Below the pieces are notes generated by a model. The model saw only the letters and a list, made by a program, of their open reading frames with translations, was not told the DNA's origin and ran no database searches. DNA of 63,023 bases, filler included, from Asterionella formosa (lineage: Eukaryota): assembly GCA_002256025.1 (NCBI GenBank). It is 27 parts of 27 records of this genome, joined end to end, with 100 filler letters (N's around TTAATTAATTAA, not from the genome) between each part and the next. Parts side by side here need not be neighbours in the genome. Positions count along the whole stretch, not along the records: positions 17,119 to 34,103 come from NKIB01004625.1; positions 34,204 to 35,261 come from NKIB01004628.1; 25 more parts are not named here. One strand, given 5' to 3'. This document shows positions 21,721-34,752 of the stretch, in pieces (the stretch's first letter is position 1; each line of letters opens with the position of its first letter). Both the position numbers and the translations under genes were made by a program.

Positions 21721-22975
21721 TTACGAGTTCGAATGATTTCTTCTCTCCTGTAAACTCTTCATTGAATGATTATGAACAAAGGTTCACTGCAAATGACAAT
21801 TACTCGAAGATATAATGATCACTTGACAAACAAAATGAAAACGTTATCGCAAACATTCATTCCACTTGTCATTGCTAGTATTTCGTTGTTTTTGCAAAAA
21901 TCGGAGTGATGACGAATGGAAATGACAAGCCAAATTACATTACTTGAACTGGTACATTATCCTACCAAGAAATTCGAATACAGGAATCAAATAGAAACAA
22001 TACATATAATAATTAAATGTATGTAGTCAAAAGGCATTTATCAAAATTATTAGATGATATAACGTTCCCTTAAACAAGCTCCATCTTTCGCAGGCGCAAT
22101 GTGTCGAAGCCACAATTTTTTTGTTATTGCGTACATTTTCCTTGCTTGTCATTTACTTTACTACGATATTTCTTTTCATGAAGCAGGCATTGATTGTTAA
22201 CATGACAGAACGATTTCAAATATAGTTGCCATGTATATAGTTATAAAAATTTCTCCTATATAAATAGGGGTGATCAACAAACCTTCTTGTTGCTCCTTTT
22301 GATGGTAACAAAGATGCGTACAAGTTCAATAGTAAGTACAAGTACAGCATGCCAAATACGGAAACAAGCGATATGAAAAAGAAATTGTATTCAGAATCAT
22401 TCTATAACTATAGCTGTGTGGACAGCAGTCAGTTTCACTTTCATATCTCCTTCTATGCTGAATCTCAATGGTAGATGTAGTATCATGTGAGAATTGAAAA
22501 TGTCAACGAGAACACGTATTAAAATTTTTTTATTTACGAGTTGATTGGCGAGAATGTAATGCTGGTAGTCGTCGAAACGGATTTACCATGTGCGCTGTGT
22601 GCGGAACCATTCTGAGTTTGAATGATTTCTTCTTTCCTGTTAACTCTTAATTGAATGATTATGAACAGCATAGGTTCACTGCATATGACAATTACTCAAA
22701 AATATAATGATCACTTGACCAACAATTGAAGACGTTATCGCAAAGAATCATTCCACTTGTCATAACTAGTACTTCATTGTTGTTGCAAATTCGGAGTGAT
22801 GACTGATGGAAATGACGAGCCAAATTAAATGACTTTAGCTGGTACATTATCCTACCAAGAAATTCAAATACAGGAATCTAATAGAAACAATAGATATAAT
22901 AATTAAATATACGTAGTCAAAAGGGTTACTATTGAAATTACAAGGGCATTGAACAAAATTATTAGATGATATAAC
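21721..22975. repeat. Two diverged direct copies (~21721-22065, ~22590-22975) of a dispersed repeat; third partial inverted copy at 42342-42420
   Basis: Shared GAATGATTTCTTCT..TTGAATGATTATGAACA..CTGGTACATTATCCTACCAAGAAATTC..AAAATTATTAGATGATATAACG. The first copy abuts the truncation point of the LRR gene. Confidence 0.85.
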
Positions 22976-24696
22976 GACAAATTATGAACAGATGATCACA
23001 ATCTTATGATGCATCAAGGAAAAATGCTAGTTTTTATTTGCAGACGTAGCATGTTTATGCATATAAAGTTTGATCATATTTTTCTAATATTGATCCATAT
23101 TGATTCATAACGGCAACCACAAGAAGTAATCATACAAATACAGTAATTGAGTAAAAACAACTCAAGTCGAAATCACTATTTCTCTTTGAATTTCAATCGT
23201 TTTTGCTTCTCATGATCATGAATTACTAATTGTATTTACAAGATCATCATCGAGTTACCTTTGCTAAATCCTATATTGTGTATTTGTTCATCTTATAGCC
23301 ATATTAATACAATTATACTTCTATGAAAGTATCTTTTCAAAGTATGTGGAAACGGATTGTTTTTTAAAAACTAAATTTAGAATTGTTTCTATTAGTATCT
23401 ATCTTTATAAAGAGCTATCCCACACCAACTCACTTATGTTCACATTTTTTTGCTGCGTCCTTGATACCCCTTTTCTGACACAACCACTGTATCTGCCTAC
23501 TTGTCTGAATCTGAAGGATAAACTGATGTTGCTGATAGCGGCGGGTTGCCTCTCCCCCCCCCCCCCCCCTCCTCCATTCCCTTGTTGTACTCTGTATCAG
23601 AGCTTTCCTTCATTATGAGTAATCATATTTATGTTGTAACAACTGCAAAACAAATACTTGTTCGTCATATAATACTTATGCAACAACATGCCATTCCATT
23701 CTATTTTCACTTACCATGAATAGATGTATTCCGTCACATATGTTTTCTCAACACAATGTGTCAAACGATCCATTTTGATTGTTCACTGTATTAACTTATG
23801 GGAGCGAAGTAATTCTGTGTCAAGCTTTTTTAGTTTTTATTACATCAGGCAGTTTGAATCATGATGGTTTGGTCACTTACAGCCACAATGAAATGAATCC
23901 ATGTTCAGTTTCCATATTCCTTCAACAAATCATGAAGACATTGGCTGATGTTCAGAACGTCCATATACTCTTTATTTACAACTACCCTGATAGATATAAA
24001 AGGATGTGTTTCTTATGTTCTAACAGGTGATTCTAGTGAGCAATGATCCGACGACAGCACTTACCGCAACCGTAATTTCTTCACATTCATCTTAGCCGCA
24101 AAACACGCCACTTTACGAAATTTCGTCTACACATGAGTGTTAATTAAGCGGTACTTCACATGCATGAAGAATGCCACTCTTCACTTAAAAAGGTTACTTT
24201 TAACGGTTTCATGTGAAGTTTTCACGATGAATTTTGAACGCGATACTGAGCGAATTAGTTGATGTTCCAAATAATTCATTTGAAAATTCAACTGAGATCT
24301 GCTCTTGAGGCTAATTCTTTCACGACACGCATTTTACTTAATGAAATAGTAAGGAAATTTGTGGTGTCTAATGTCATGCATCTGAGATCAAAGTTTTACG
24401 GTTGTACACATCACATACAGAACTCACTTTTTCCGGTAAAAAACTCACTCTTCCCAGTTTTCATGTAATGTAGGTTACTACCGGTACTAGGTTACTGTAC
24501 TACTAGCTAGCTACTAGCTACTAGTAGTAGCAGGCAACCCAATATTTTTACGTGATTATTCTCCTAAATTCACCGTGATCCTTTGATTCACTGCCTAGCA
24601 CCTACGTTGCTGAATATATATATATATCAAGATATGTATACTATTTTTCAAAAAGTCGAACTCCTTTCAGGTTAATCTACGACTTCTCTTTAAAGT

Positions 24697-25376
24697 ATGT
24701 TCAGGAGATGGATTGTATGGCCTCTCAGAATCATTTGCTTCATTCCCAGAAAGCTGAGCTTGAACTTACCGAAGCGAAAGGCCAAGTACATCTTTTATTT
24801 TCCATCCATTATTCAAGAATAGATTGTTTGTGTAATTCGAGATATTATGCATGCTTTTCGTTACAATATTCAAGCTACCTACCGCCTGCAACAAAACACA
24901 CCATCTGAAAGCGCAACATTGATGGTCCACCAGTAAGGTGACAAAAATGACTTTCGATTTTTCCAGCTAGAGAAACTTCCAAAGCTTACTATTCTTTGGT
25001 GCTATCCAAGGAGAGAATGCTCTAATCTAATTGAGCCAGATCCTGAGGACATGGGGTTTCTTCGCTCAGTACTAAATCCAATTGGGTCGATCTTTTGTTG
25101 AGTTGATGTTCAATAATCCATTTAACAGAAACCTGCTAGTTTGCTGTGCTGCAAAAAATATTTTAGAGTTTTGCTCAATTTTTGTCTTTATTTTATTTTG
25201 AGCCACATAGCACTCCAAAAATTACTAATTGCAAGTGTCACCATTCCTGATCAGCATGTTCAAGAGATTGATTGTATGGCCACACAGAATCATTTGCTTC
25301 ATTCCCAAAAAGCTGAGCATCAAGTTACCAAAGCGAAAGGCCAAGTACATCTTTTATCTTCCTTCCATCATGCAAG
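24697..25376. repeat. ~120-bp direct repeat pair (24697-24817, 25256-25376)
   Basis: Shared GATTGTATGGCC..CAGAATCATTTGCTTCATTCCCA..AAGCGAAAGGCCAAGTACATCTTTTAT. Confidence 0.85.
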
Positions 25377-28130
25377 TATAGCTTGGTGCTGTTGGATGGT
25401 TCTGCAGACCAGCTGAAGCGTTCTTGAGAAACATAGGCGCCACCTCTTCAAGGACTGCCTCTCATGAAATGACAAACATATATATTCGACAAAAAGGATT
25501 TGATTCCACCAACCTAGTCTCTCGAATTTCCCAAAAATGTTGATGCATCCACACATGATGCTCCTCCAAATTGAATTGGTGACATTAATAAATTTTGAAA
25601 ATTTCGCTCAGAAATATTGTTTAGGTGCATTGCATTTCCCATTCTATTCAAAATGAAACCTTTATAGTTGTTTCTACTCGCCAATGCAGTCGAACGGAAA
25701 ATTATCAAGTGCATGAATTTGGATGCAAATATCTCACAATAAATGAACAAGAGTTGGCATGATATTGGACAAGAGGAACTGTTATAAATTAAAGTTGAGT
25801 TAATATTTGATGTCAGATAAATAATCTAAAATATCTCAATTACCATAGCGCAACGACGTTATTATGTATCAAATCATACAATTTTTTATTGTCAGAGCGC
25901 GTCCAGTAATTAAAAATTTAGACAATGCAAGAATACATATATGCAAGTATTTAATCACTAAAAAAATCTGAACAACTCCTTCCTGATAATAATGAACTAA
26001 TCTTGCAAGCTAATTTCAAACTGTACATTCCTTTACTCAATTTAGTGGTGGCTTATAGTTCAAGTATTGTCATAGCAGTGGTGTACAGTTTCTAAATTGT
26101 ATACCTGGTACCATAGCATAAGAAGTTCTAGGAGTACCCTGTAGAACCCAATGTCAAAGTGTGTTTGTTAGGCTGTTGATGTCAACAGGTGTCTGAAGAC
26201 TAGTTGTAGTCTGAGGAATGTCCTAAGGGAAGAAGACAGGATTTTTATCATAGCAGAATAATATGATACAGATGAGTGGCGCTAGAAAGTAATGGAGTCA
26301 ATACCTCCATTCCTCCAGTAAGTACATACCAGTATGCATGCCAGAAAGGAAGAACTATCTTCTATTACCAAATTCGTCCTGTTTCATGCAAAGTTTTACT
26401 GAGGCCATCTTCCTATGTAAAAGTACATATCAAACATCTTCTTTATTTGTTTCTTTCTTCTTGTATGTAGTAGCTACGACGACGGCATCATAAAAATTAG
26501 CAGAACACAATGAGTACCCTAGAATGGCATTCAAGGCGACATGTACTTATCTGACTACCAGTAACATCATTCACTGACGTTTGATGTAGGACAATGATGC
26601 CTCTTCATCAAGGTCAAAACATGAGAGAGTGACTCTATCGTGCTCTTTCGATGACTAGGACTGAAATGAAGGAAATCATTAGCTTGAAGCCCCATCATCA
26701 GGATCAGTAAATTGCTAGTTATTTCGATCAGAGAAGAGCCGAAAGGGGAAATGTACAACCCGGTTGCAACGCTGTAAGTACGTCGATAATGATATCCACT
26801 TCATTATTATTATTGTCAACACAAGGATGATGAATGGCGGATGATGTTGGTGAAATGTTTCTTGTGGCTTGCCTTGATCTTTCGTCCTCTTGGAAAATTG
26901 GAACAGTATAAATTGGTATATACCAGTGCCATTATGCGAGCATGCCAGCAAGGAGTTTACGTACCAGGTACCAGAGCAAGTTGCGATACAGCTGAAGCTA
27001 AATAGTTAGCTCACTTTATCCAATATCAAATTGTTTATTTAAGCAAAATGACCGCAACTTGCAGGTACCAGGTCGACCGGTACTGGTACTGGTACCTGGT
27101 AAAAAGCACGGTCAAAAGACCCAAGATACCAGGTACCTGGTACCAGGTAGTAGGTAGTGCTTGTACTGGCATGGGTCGTACCTTCTATGCATATCGTAAG
27201 ATATCCCCACCTGCTGCCTCATCATAATACCGGTATGATCTCCATAAAAATCGATGATACTACCGGTACCAGGTACTTTGGGCAGCCAGTGCTGACAGAC
27301 GATGGATGGCGGAGGTGCAAAGATCCTAACCCAAGCCCTACATGATAGGTTATGACAGTCTGAGTACAGGTAGGACAGTGCTTCCTTCATTATTATTGTT
27401 ATGAAGAAGATATTTTGCCCTCATGCTTGTAAGAGCAGATGCCCTCCACCCAGGCTCTAAAAACTGTGCTTGTAATCAACAACGAGATCATAACAAGTCA
27501 GGATTTAAATATATGCAAATGGCAATCAGGGTGGTAATTGCGCGGTGAATGGACACAATTCACGTAGGACTTGTCACTTATGATGAAGTATTTTTCTTTA
27601 ATGATAAGCATTTATGTGCCGAAGCAAGCATGTTTCAAAAACCAAATCCATTGAGATTCATGTGAACGAATAGGTTTAAGGGTTAATCAAGAATAGGGAG
27701 ACTAAAAATTTGTTTCCTATCGATTATTTAGCATTTTCTCGGTTGTTGGCAAAGTAACCGTATGCATACGCACAGGACCAAACCTGATGTTCAAAATCGG
27801 ATTCCTGTTGTGTTACATGAATACCTGTTCCCAAGAAGAATTGTTATCCTGGCAAGATTGCTACTACTGGGTTACCTATTCATAGGATGAGGTATCCATC
27901 TGATGCAACCAACCATGTGGAAACTATGCCAATAATTCCAACTATCATGCATTTCCCAATAAGGATAAGGAACCCAAATGAAGTCTACTACTTCTTGTTG
28001 GTCAGCTAATACATACCCATATTTAACGACGGTATATTCGGAAGAGATGTATGTTGCAAATCACAAAAAAAATGCAGCTGAATAGTACACAGGGGGCTGA
28101 TGTGAGTTTGGAATCAGACACGAAATGTCG

Positions 28131-29113
28131 TCACTGCTCGCTCACCGACTTCACTATCTGTGGTGACTTCCGTTTCACAAGGCGCAAAACCATTGGTCTG
28201 GATGATTTGGTAATAATGCCTAGCTTTTTCAGTGGATTGGCATATTGAGGATCAGGATGATAGCTACTTTCGCCGGTTTGAATCTTGGACGTCAATGTCC
28301 GGACGACCGATGGAAGCGTGTCATAAGCTAGTGTGCCATCCTCGTGCGTTGATGATTGCAAAATGTTCCAATACTCCTCAAAGTTCTCTTGAAAACGCAG
28401 TTGCAGCTCTGGTCTCGTTACCTTTTTGCGAGCAACAGCACGCGAGTGTTCACCGATGATACCAAGTTCCTTTAGTTCTGAAATGTAATCGGAGTCGGGA
28501 TCATATCGTAGGGTACTACCAAGTACGCTTGATGCCCATAATAGGGCCTTTTCGTTGATACCAGACTCATCAATATCATAACCGTGTGAATTATCAAGGT
28601 AGACTGGAATACGACGTCCGAATTCCTCAAAGAAGGTGTGGCCGCGCTCGCTGTTGATGAATGCATGGAACGTGGGGAGATGATATTTACATTTCTCATC
28701 AAAGGTCCTCATTACATTAATTTCCCAATGCAGCTGGTGTGAAAGAAAACGGAACTTCACCTGCTCTTAGGAGCTGTCTCGACTTTCTTGTCAAAAGTCC
28801 GAGTCCTGCTAGCCTCGGTGCATACGATGCCTCAATAGGTACGTGCCGTGCTTTATACTTTCTGCCCAATTGCGCGCCTGCTTGGAAACATGAGTTGAAA
28901 ATCCGAATATACTTCCGTTCTTTTCATAATATTCCTCCAGCTCTGGGAGTAACATTTCGCATCTTTCATCAAAAGACTTGAACAATATAGAGTCAGCCGG
29001 TTTGAAAGACACAGGAAGTTCACCATCTCTGAGCAATTGTCTAGATTTCTCCGACAAGATTCCTAGTCGTTCGAGTCTCGCTGCGTGCTCCCCCAAGAAC
29101 ATCGTTTCTCCCA
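28131..29113 (-). pseudogene. Frameshifted repeat protein resembling helicase-associated (HA) domains; 5' end replaced by a copia fragment
   Basis: Four repeats ending ARLERLGIL, PRLAGLGLL (shifted frame), SELKELGII and NPLKKLGII. SFDERCEMLLPELEEYYEKNG..ARNWAESIK fits the HA pattern loosely. Confidence 0.45.
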
Positions 29114-30130
29114 TAGCATTCAAACTTGGCGTGATCACGCTGAGCTGGACCATACATTAGTTAAATTTTGCCCGCATTTCATGCATGCTGATAAGGAACG
29201 ATTGCGCTTTGCCACCGCCACCACCGCTGGTTATCATGGTGCCCATGCTGCCATTCAAACCAGTGGCCCTTCCCCCATTGCCAGGTATTGCTGCAGCTGC
29301 TTGTGCTTTCCCTTCTGGATACACTTACAACAATGTCCAATTAGCCTATTGTTGGACTCATGGTCTCACCAAAAACCCTGACCATACCAGTGCAACTTGC
29401 AATCATCCAGCTTCTGGCCATTAACTCACTGCCACCCTTGATCGACATATGGGTGGCAGCGTCTGTATTTTCAGTGATGGTACCCATCCCACCCGGCCAC
29501 CACAAACTTATCTCCCATCACTTGTCCCCCCTCTCACTCATTTCTGATACTGGTAGTTCTGGCAATTACGCCACTGTTGATTTACCTGTCATCAACAAAC
29601 GACCTACCACCAACCCTATCACCATTCAACTTCTTAACAGCAACCATGTTAAATCTACACATGAGGCCGAATTAGCTTTACCTATGCTATTACGCGCTGC
29701 TTGTCATGTACACATTGTCCCTGGTCTGCACAATTGCTCTTTATTGAGCATTGGACAACTATGTGACTCCGGCTACAAGGTACTATTCACCAAACTGCAC
29801 ATGTCTGTCTTATCCGATGGTCATTGCATCCTTCAGGGTCATCGCTCCACCACCACTCAATTATGGCATTTCACCACCACCACTATTGATCCACCATTGC
29901 CTACCCCTAACCACTACGCTGCTACCGCCATTGGCAGTCCCAATGCACCAGCCCTTTTTGCCTTTGCCCATGCGGCCCTCTTTTCTCCTGTTATCTCTAC
30001 TTTGGAAAGCGCATTACTCCATGGATATCTTGTCAATTTTCCAGGTCTAACCTTAACTATGCTACACAAACATCCTCCTCATTCCATTGCAACCATCAAA
30101 GGCCACCTCAATCAAAAACGTCAAAATGTA
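29114..30130 (+). mobile_element. Degenerate Ty1/copia (CoDi) gag-protease-preintegrase fragment
   Basis: HADKERLR..AGYHGA; YCWTHG..HTSATC..H..AT..MGGS; protease ISDTGSSGNY; SLLSIGQLCDSG; HAALFSPVISTL..FPGLT..ATIKGHLNQKRQNV. Confidence 0.9.
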
Positions 30131-30900
30131 GATGATCAGGATTTTTTTGGGATTGGAAAATTGAGCAATCCTCTCTCCGGCCTTCTCAGTGCAAAATGTG
30201 TGAATTTATTTTCCGACATATTTCAGAATATTGGTGCATACAGGTTGCCAGATGCCTCTGATTTTGTTGAGACTGATAAAAATGGTTTGGGCATAACAAA
30301 CAGACCTATGACATACCTATGACATTATTGTTTAGGGCAGTTCCTGCAATTGACAAAAAACCCTCAAAGGTCAATGTAAAGGGCCAAGAGGAGTTCTTTG
30401 TGAACAAGAATATTTTCCCTAATTTTTGGAATAACCAACTTCAGTACAGGAACAATTCAAGGGACAACGGTGCAACATCCTTTATTGACATTTGTGCTAA
30501 GATGCCAGAAGTTCTTTTCCCTTCACAGCAGAGGATAAGTCATGTAAAAGGGCTTGTCTCCATGAAATCTATTGGTCCTGTTGTCAATAATGATTTTTGG
30601 TACATGACCCTGTATGGTTCATATGCGCAGTGTTTTGTTGCATTTATGAACTCTGAATTAACAATTACTGGTAGTTGCAATGGTTTTAGACCGCTCTTTG
30701 TCATGACCAACACCAATGTCCAACAGAAATGTCACTGGGGTTTTAATGGGACCAGACTTACTAGTATGGATAACGGGGCAGTATCTTTTCTGTCTTTAAT
30801 CGGATTTTGGAAACAGAAAAGTAATAATGTTGATGACTGCGAAATCCTCTCTATTTCACGTGAGGGCATTCCCATCACATCTAATGTGCTTGTACATTAG
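30130..30900 (+). pseudogene. Unknown coding segment (~250 codons) split by an 11-bp duplication
   Basis: ACCTATGACAT is duplicated (30304-30314, 30315-30325). Removing one copy fuses ORF 29360-30322 to ORF 30319-30900. No family recognised. Confidence 0.5.
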
Positions 30901-31055
30901 ATGTTTCTACTCAAATGACAAATAAAAAGTTTTTCAGCAATTGGTCAGTTGCATTGTGATGGATGACCTTTTTTTCTGATAGAAATTACTTTTTCATTTT
31001 TTGTGTAGTTTATAATAAAAAAATAAATTACATATTTTCATTTTCTATTGATATG

Positions 31056-31120
31056 TAACCCTAACCCTAATATTGCATCACAAGACCACCATTCCGCACT
31101 AACCCTAACCCTAACCCTTA
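31056..31120. repeat. Short interstitial (CCCTAA)n telomere-like tracts
   Basis: TAACCCTAACCCTAA at 31056-31070 and CTAACCCTAACCCTAACCCT at ~31099-31118. Confidence 0.7.
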
Positions 31121-31585
31121 AATTTAAATTTATGTTGTCGTATTGGTCTTTCTGTACACGATATTGTATCTGGTACCTTTAGTTGTTTTGTGATCTTTAT
31201 CATTTCCTGTCGTTGTGGTTATGATAATCGTTGAACGTTATTGTCAGTATGCAATAGAATCAAGAAATCATCAGGGGAATACAATAATTGCTGATCTTCC
31301 GTTTCAGTCCTGATTTATATATGTGTTTTGGCGTTGAGCAAAATCATTTCTACTTCCAGCAATGTGATATAGTATTAATGTATAAATATCATTTTTGTTT
31401 CTTTCAAATGGAACTCTATCAATCTGGCGCTGATTCCTTTTTAATTCGAATATTCAAATGGACACTCAAATCATGGGAATTCTTAGTAGAAAACTCCCTA
31501 TTCCACCCTGCTTTACAACCCTAGCAATATTCTCTCCAAAATAGGGTTCCAGAGCCGCAACCTTTAATGATTACCGGTATATAGT

Positions 31586-32140
31586 ACCAACTTCATGACT
31601 TGATTCTTCATGATTTACAGAACCAATTTCATGACATTCTACATGATTAACTGCTTACCCCATCTTTAACCTGACTTTATTCTGCATTATTTACTACATA
31701 CCAACTTCATCACTTGATACGTACTAAATTCATGACTTAATTCTTTATGACTCACTACACATCAACTTCATGACTTGACTCTTCATGATTTACTGGCTTG
31801 ATTCTCAATGATTTGCAGTACCAACTTCATGACTTGATTCTCCATGATTAATAGTACCAACTACATGACTTGATTCTTGCTGATTTCCAGTACTAACTAC
31901 ATGACTTGATTCTCCATGATTTACAGTACTAACTTCATGACTTGATTTATTGCGTGAACCATCTTAAACATGACTTGATTCTTCATGATTTACTATGTAC
32001 CAACTTCTTGACTTGATTCTTCATGATGTACTATTTACCATTTTCATGACTTGATTCTTCATGATTTACTATGTACTAACTTCATGACTTGATTTTTCAT
32101 GAAATACTACGTGCTCACCATCGTCATGCCTTGATTTTCA
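31586..32140. repeat. Minisatellite, ~15 copies of a 36-38 bp unit
   Basis: Consensus TACCAACTTCATGACTTGATTCTTCATGATTTAC(AG/TATG), with two TCATGA palindromes per unit and no unique spacers. Confidence 0.95.
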
Positions 32141-32343
32141 GCAGGCACGTGCATGAATAATCTATCGGTATGCCTGTATTTCTACTCTACATACAGTAAT
32201 GAGAATTGTTTTGCTTATTCTGTTAAAAAAATCACACGTGATGCTTTCATATGCTGTTTATAAATCAATTTCATTTTGCTTATAAGTTTGGAACAGTCTC
32301 TAAAGAAAAAGAACTTCTGAGAAAGTAAAACACAAATCGCAAA

Positions 32344-34103
32344 ATGAAACTTGCATTATTCCTTCCATGCGTTATCATCTTGGTTTTTAGCGCTTCAGTC
32401 GAAGCAAATCTCCGAAGTATCCTATATGATCTCCAGAACTCCAGTACTGCAGATTCAAATCTCCTTCTTCACGATGGTGAGATATCTGTGTCTTATTTGC
32501 TACTTTGTTGAGTTTTATCAAATGCTGGTTTTCCTTCAACAGACTCACCCAAACACAATTCCAACCCATAAAGTGTGGCGTGACAGAAAGGAAGGAAATG
32601 AAACACAAGGTACTACAGCACTTAAAAGTAAAAGTCAAGATGCACATTCATCATTGATTAAACGACTTGCATTATCTGTAGCGACACCAACAACCAAAGC
32701 TCCAGCGACTCAAAAGCCTACCTTGGCACCAGTCACTCAAAAGCCTACCTGGGCACCAGTCACTCAAAAGCCTACCTGGGCACCAGCGACTCAAAAGCCC
32801 ACCTGGGCACCAGTTACCAAAAGACCCACCTGGGCACCAGTTACCAAAAGACCCACCAGGGCACCAGTGACTCAAAAGCCTACCTGGGCACCAGTTACCA
32901 AAAGACCCACTAGGACACCAGCTCCAGTGACTACAGCTCCTACCATTCAACCGACTAGATTCCCTACTAGTCAGCCCACAAGAAACACTACCACTGTACT
33001 TTGCACAAACTCTATTTTTGTGTGTGGACTACCATATCCTTGTGACACTACTAAGTTGGTGTTTGATGGGCCTTGCAATTCCAACTTGCCTACAGAGATT
33101 GGACTGTTGACAAAACTTGTCAAGCTAGTTTTAAACTCCACAAGCTTGAATGGCACACTTCCCACAGAGATTGGACTCTTGACAGGTCTCACTGTTCTCA
33201 ATTTGTCCAACAATTCTATCGCTGGCACAGTTCCCACAGAGATTGGAAATTTGACAAGTCTCAATTATCTGAATTTGAACAGCAACTACCTTATCAACGG
33301 CACACTCAACGGCACACTTCCCACAGAGATTGGACTATTGACAAGTCTCACTTATCTAGATTTGAAATACAATTGGAAAATCGTGGGCACACTCCCCACA
33401 GAGATTGGATATTTGACAAGTCTCAATTATCTAGATTTGTACTACAATTCTTTCAGTGGCACACTTCCAACAGAGATTGGATATTTGACAAGTCTCAATT
33501 ATCTAGATTTGTACTGGAATTATTTCAGTGGCACACTTCCAACAGTGATTGGATATTTGACAACTCTCAATTATCTAGATTTGAACTACACTGTTTTCAA
33601 TGGCAAACTTCCCACAGAGATTGGACATTTGACAAGACTCAATTATCTAGATTTCTAAAACAATTATTTCAGTGGCACACTTCCCACAGAGATTGGAAAT
33701 TTGACAAGTCTCAATTATCTTAAATTGGACAAAAATTTGTTCAGTGGCACTCTTCCCACAGAGATTGGAAAATTGACAAGTCTCAATTATCTTTATTTGT
33801 ACAAAAATTATTTCAGTGGCACACTTCCCACAGAGATTGGAAATTTGACAAGTCTCACTGATCTTTTGTTGAAATCCAATGCTTTTACTGGCACACTTCC
33901 CACAGAGATTGGACTCTTGACAAGTGTCACTGGTCTAGATTTGTTCAGCAATTCTTTCAATGGCACACTTCCCACAGAGATTGGAAATTTGACAAGTCTC
34001 AATTATCTAGACTTCCAAAACAATTATTTCAGTGGCACACTTCCCACAGAGATTGGACTATTGACAAGTCTCACTTATCTAGATTTGTTTAACAATACAT
34101 TCA
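32344..34103 (+). pseudogene. Secreted mucin-stalk LRR protein, disrupted; 3' end cut by the contig edge
   Basis: Signal peptide MKLALFLPCVIILVFSASVEA from 32344, out of frame with the main ORF; probable intron 32477-32542; ~8 copies of T(Q/K)(K/R)PTWAPV (27 bp); ~14 LRRs; in-frame TAA at 33656-33658 where the paralogous repeat near 34016 has CAA. Confidence 0.85.
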
Positions 34104-34203
34104 NNNNNNNNNNNNNNNNNNNNNNNNNNNNNNNNNNNNNNNNNNNNTTAATTAATTAANNNNNNNNNNNNNNNNNNNNNNNNNNNNNNNNNNNNNNNNN
34201 NNN

Positions 34204-34752
34204 GTTGAATAGCTACACAGCACTTACTGCTGGTCGAAAAGATGCATTTGGCTTAATAGAGAGCAACACCAGTCTTCGCCATGATCTTATGTCCTTGTGT
34301 TCTGACTTCTTGAATGAGCAAGGCATGATGTAACATATTGAGACCAAATTGGAATGGAAGTAATGCTTACTCCAAAATGCCATGCCAAGATAGCTGGGGA
34401 AGGTGTGGAATAGTAGTACATGTGGTGGGTGTGTGCCAAAGGCACATTCCAGAACCTGGCACTGAAGGAGAAGAAGGGGAAATTGAATTTCATGGCAAGT
34501 GTTAGGACATGTTTGTCAGCAGAAGTGATTACAGGATCCCGAATAAGGAAATTTTCTTGACAAGCTTGCCAGTACATGTTGGCTTAGGACTACTACTACC
34601 ATGCTCTTGATTCTGGCTTATTTGAACCAGAACTGCAACAGCAGCGCTCCAAGCATGGCCCTGTCAAAATCGATGACCTTATAAAGAAGATGAAGACACA
34701 CCAATGTGCCTTGGACTTCGATTACAAGTTTGTAATGAATGTAGATGAATAA
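34204..34752 (+). mobile_element. Degenerate DDE transposase C-terminus (Tc1/IS630-like)
   Basis: LMSLCSDFLNE..MLTPKCHAKIAGEGVE**YMWWVCAKG..EKKGKLNF..RIRKFS*QACQYMLA..KTHQCALDFD resembles the PKxHxELxxxIExxWxxAK region. Confidence 0.6.

Noticed and set aside
31056..31120. True chromosome end
   Set aside because: Only 2-3 units, internal to a 17-kb contig.
31586..32140. CRISPR array
   Set aside because: Units are contiguous and degenerate, with no unique spacers, no cas genes and a eukaryotic context.
32351..32476. ORF-track start MHYSFHAL for the LRR gene
   Set aside because: It starts at TTG, not ATG. The ATG at 32344 gives a convincing signal peptide in another frame.
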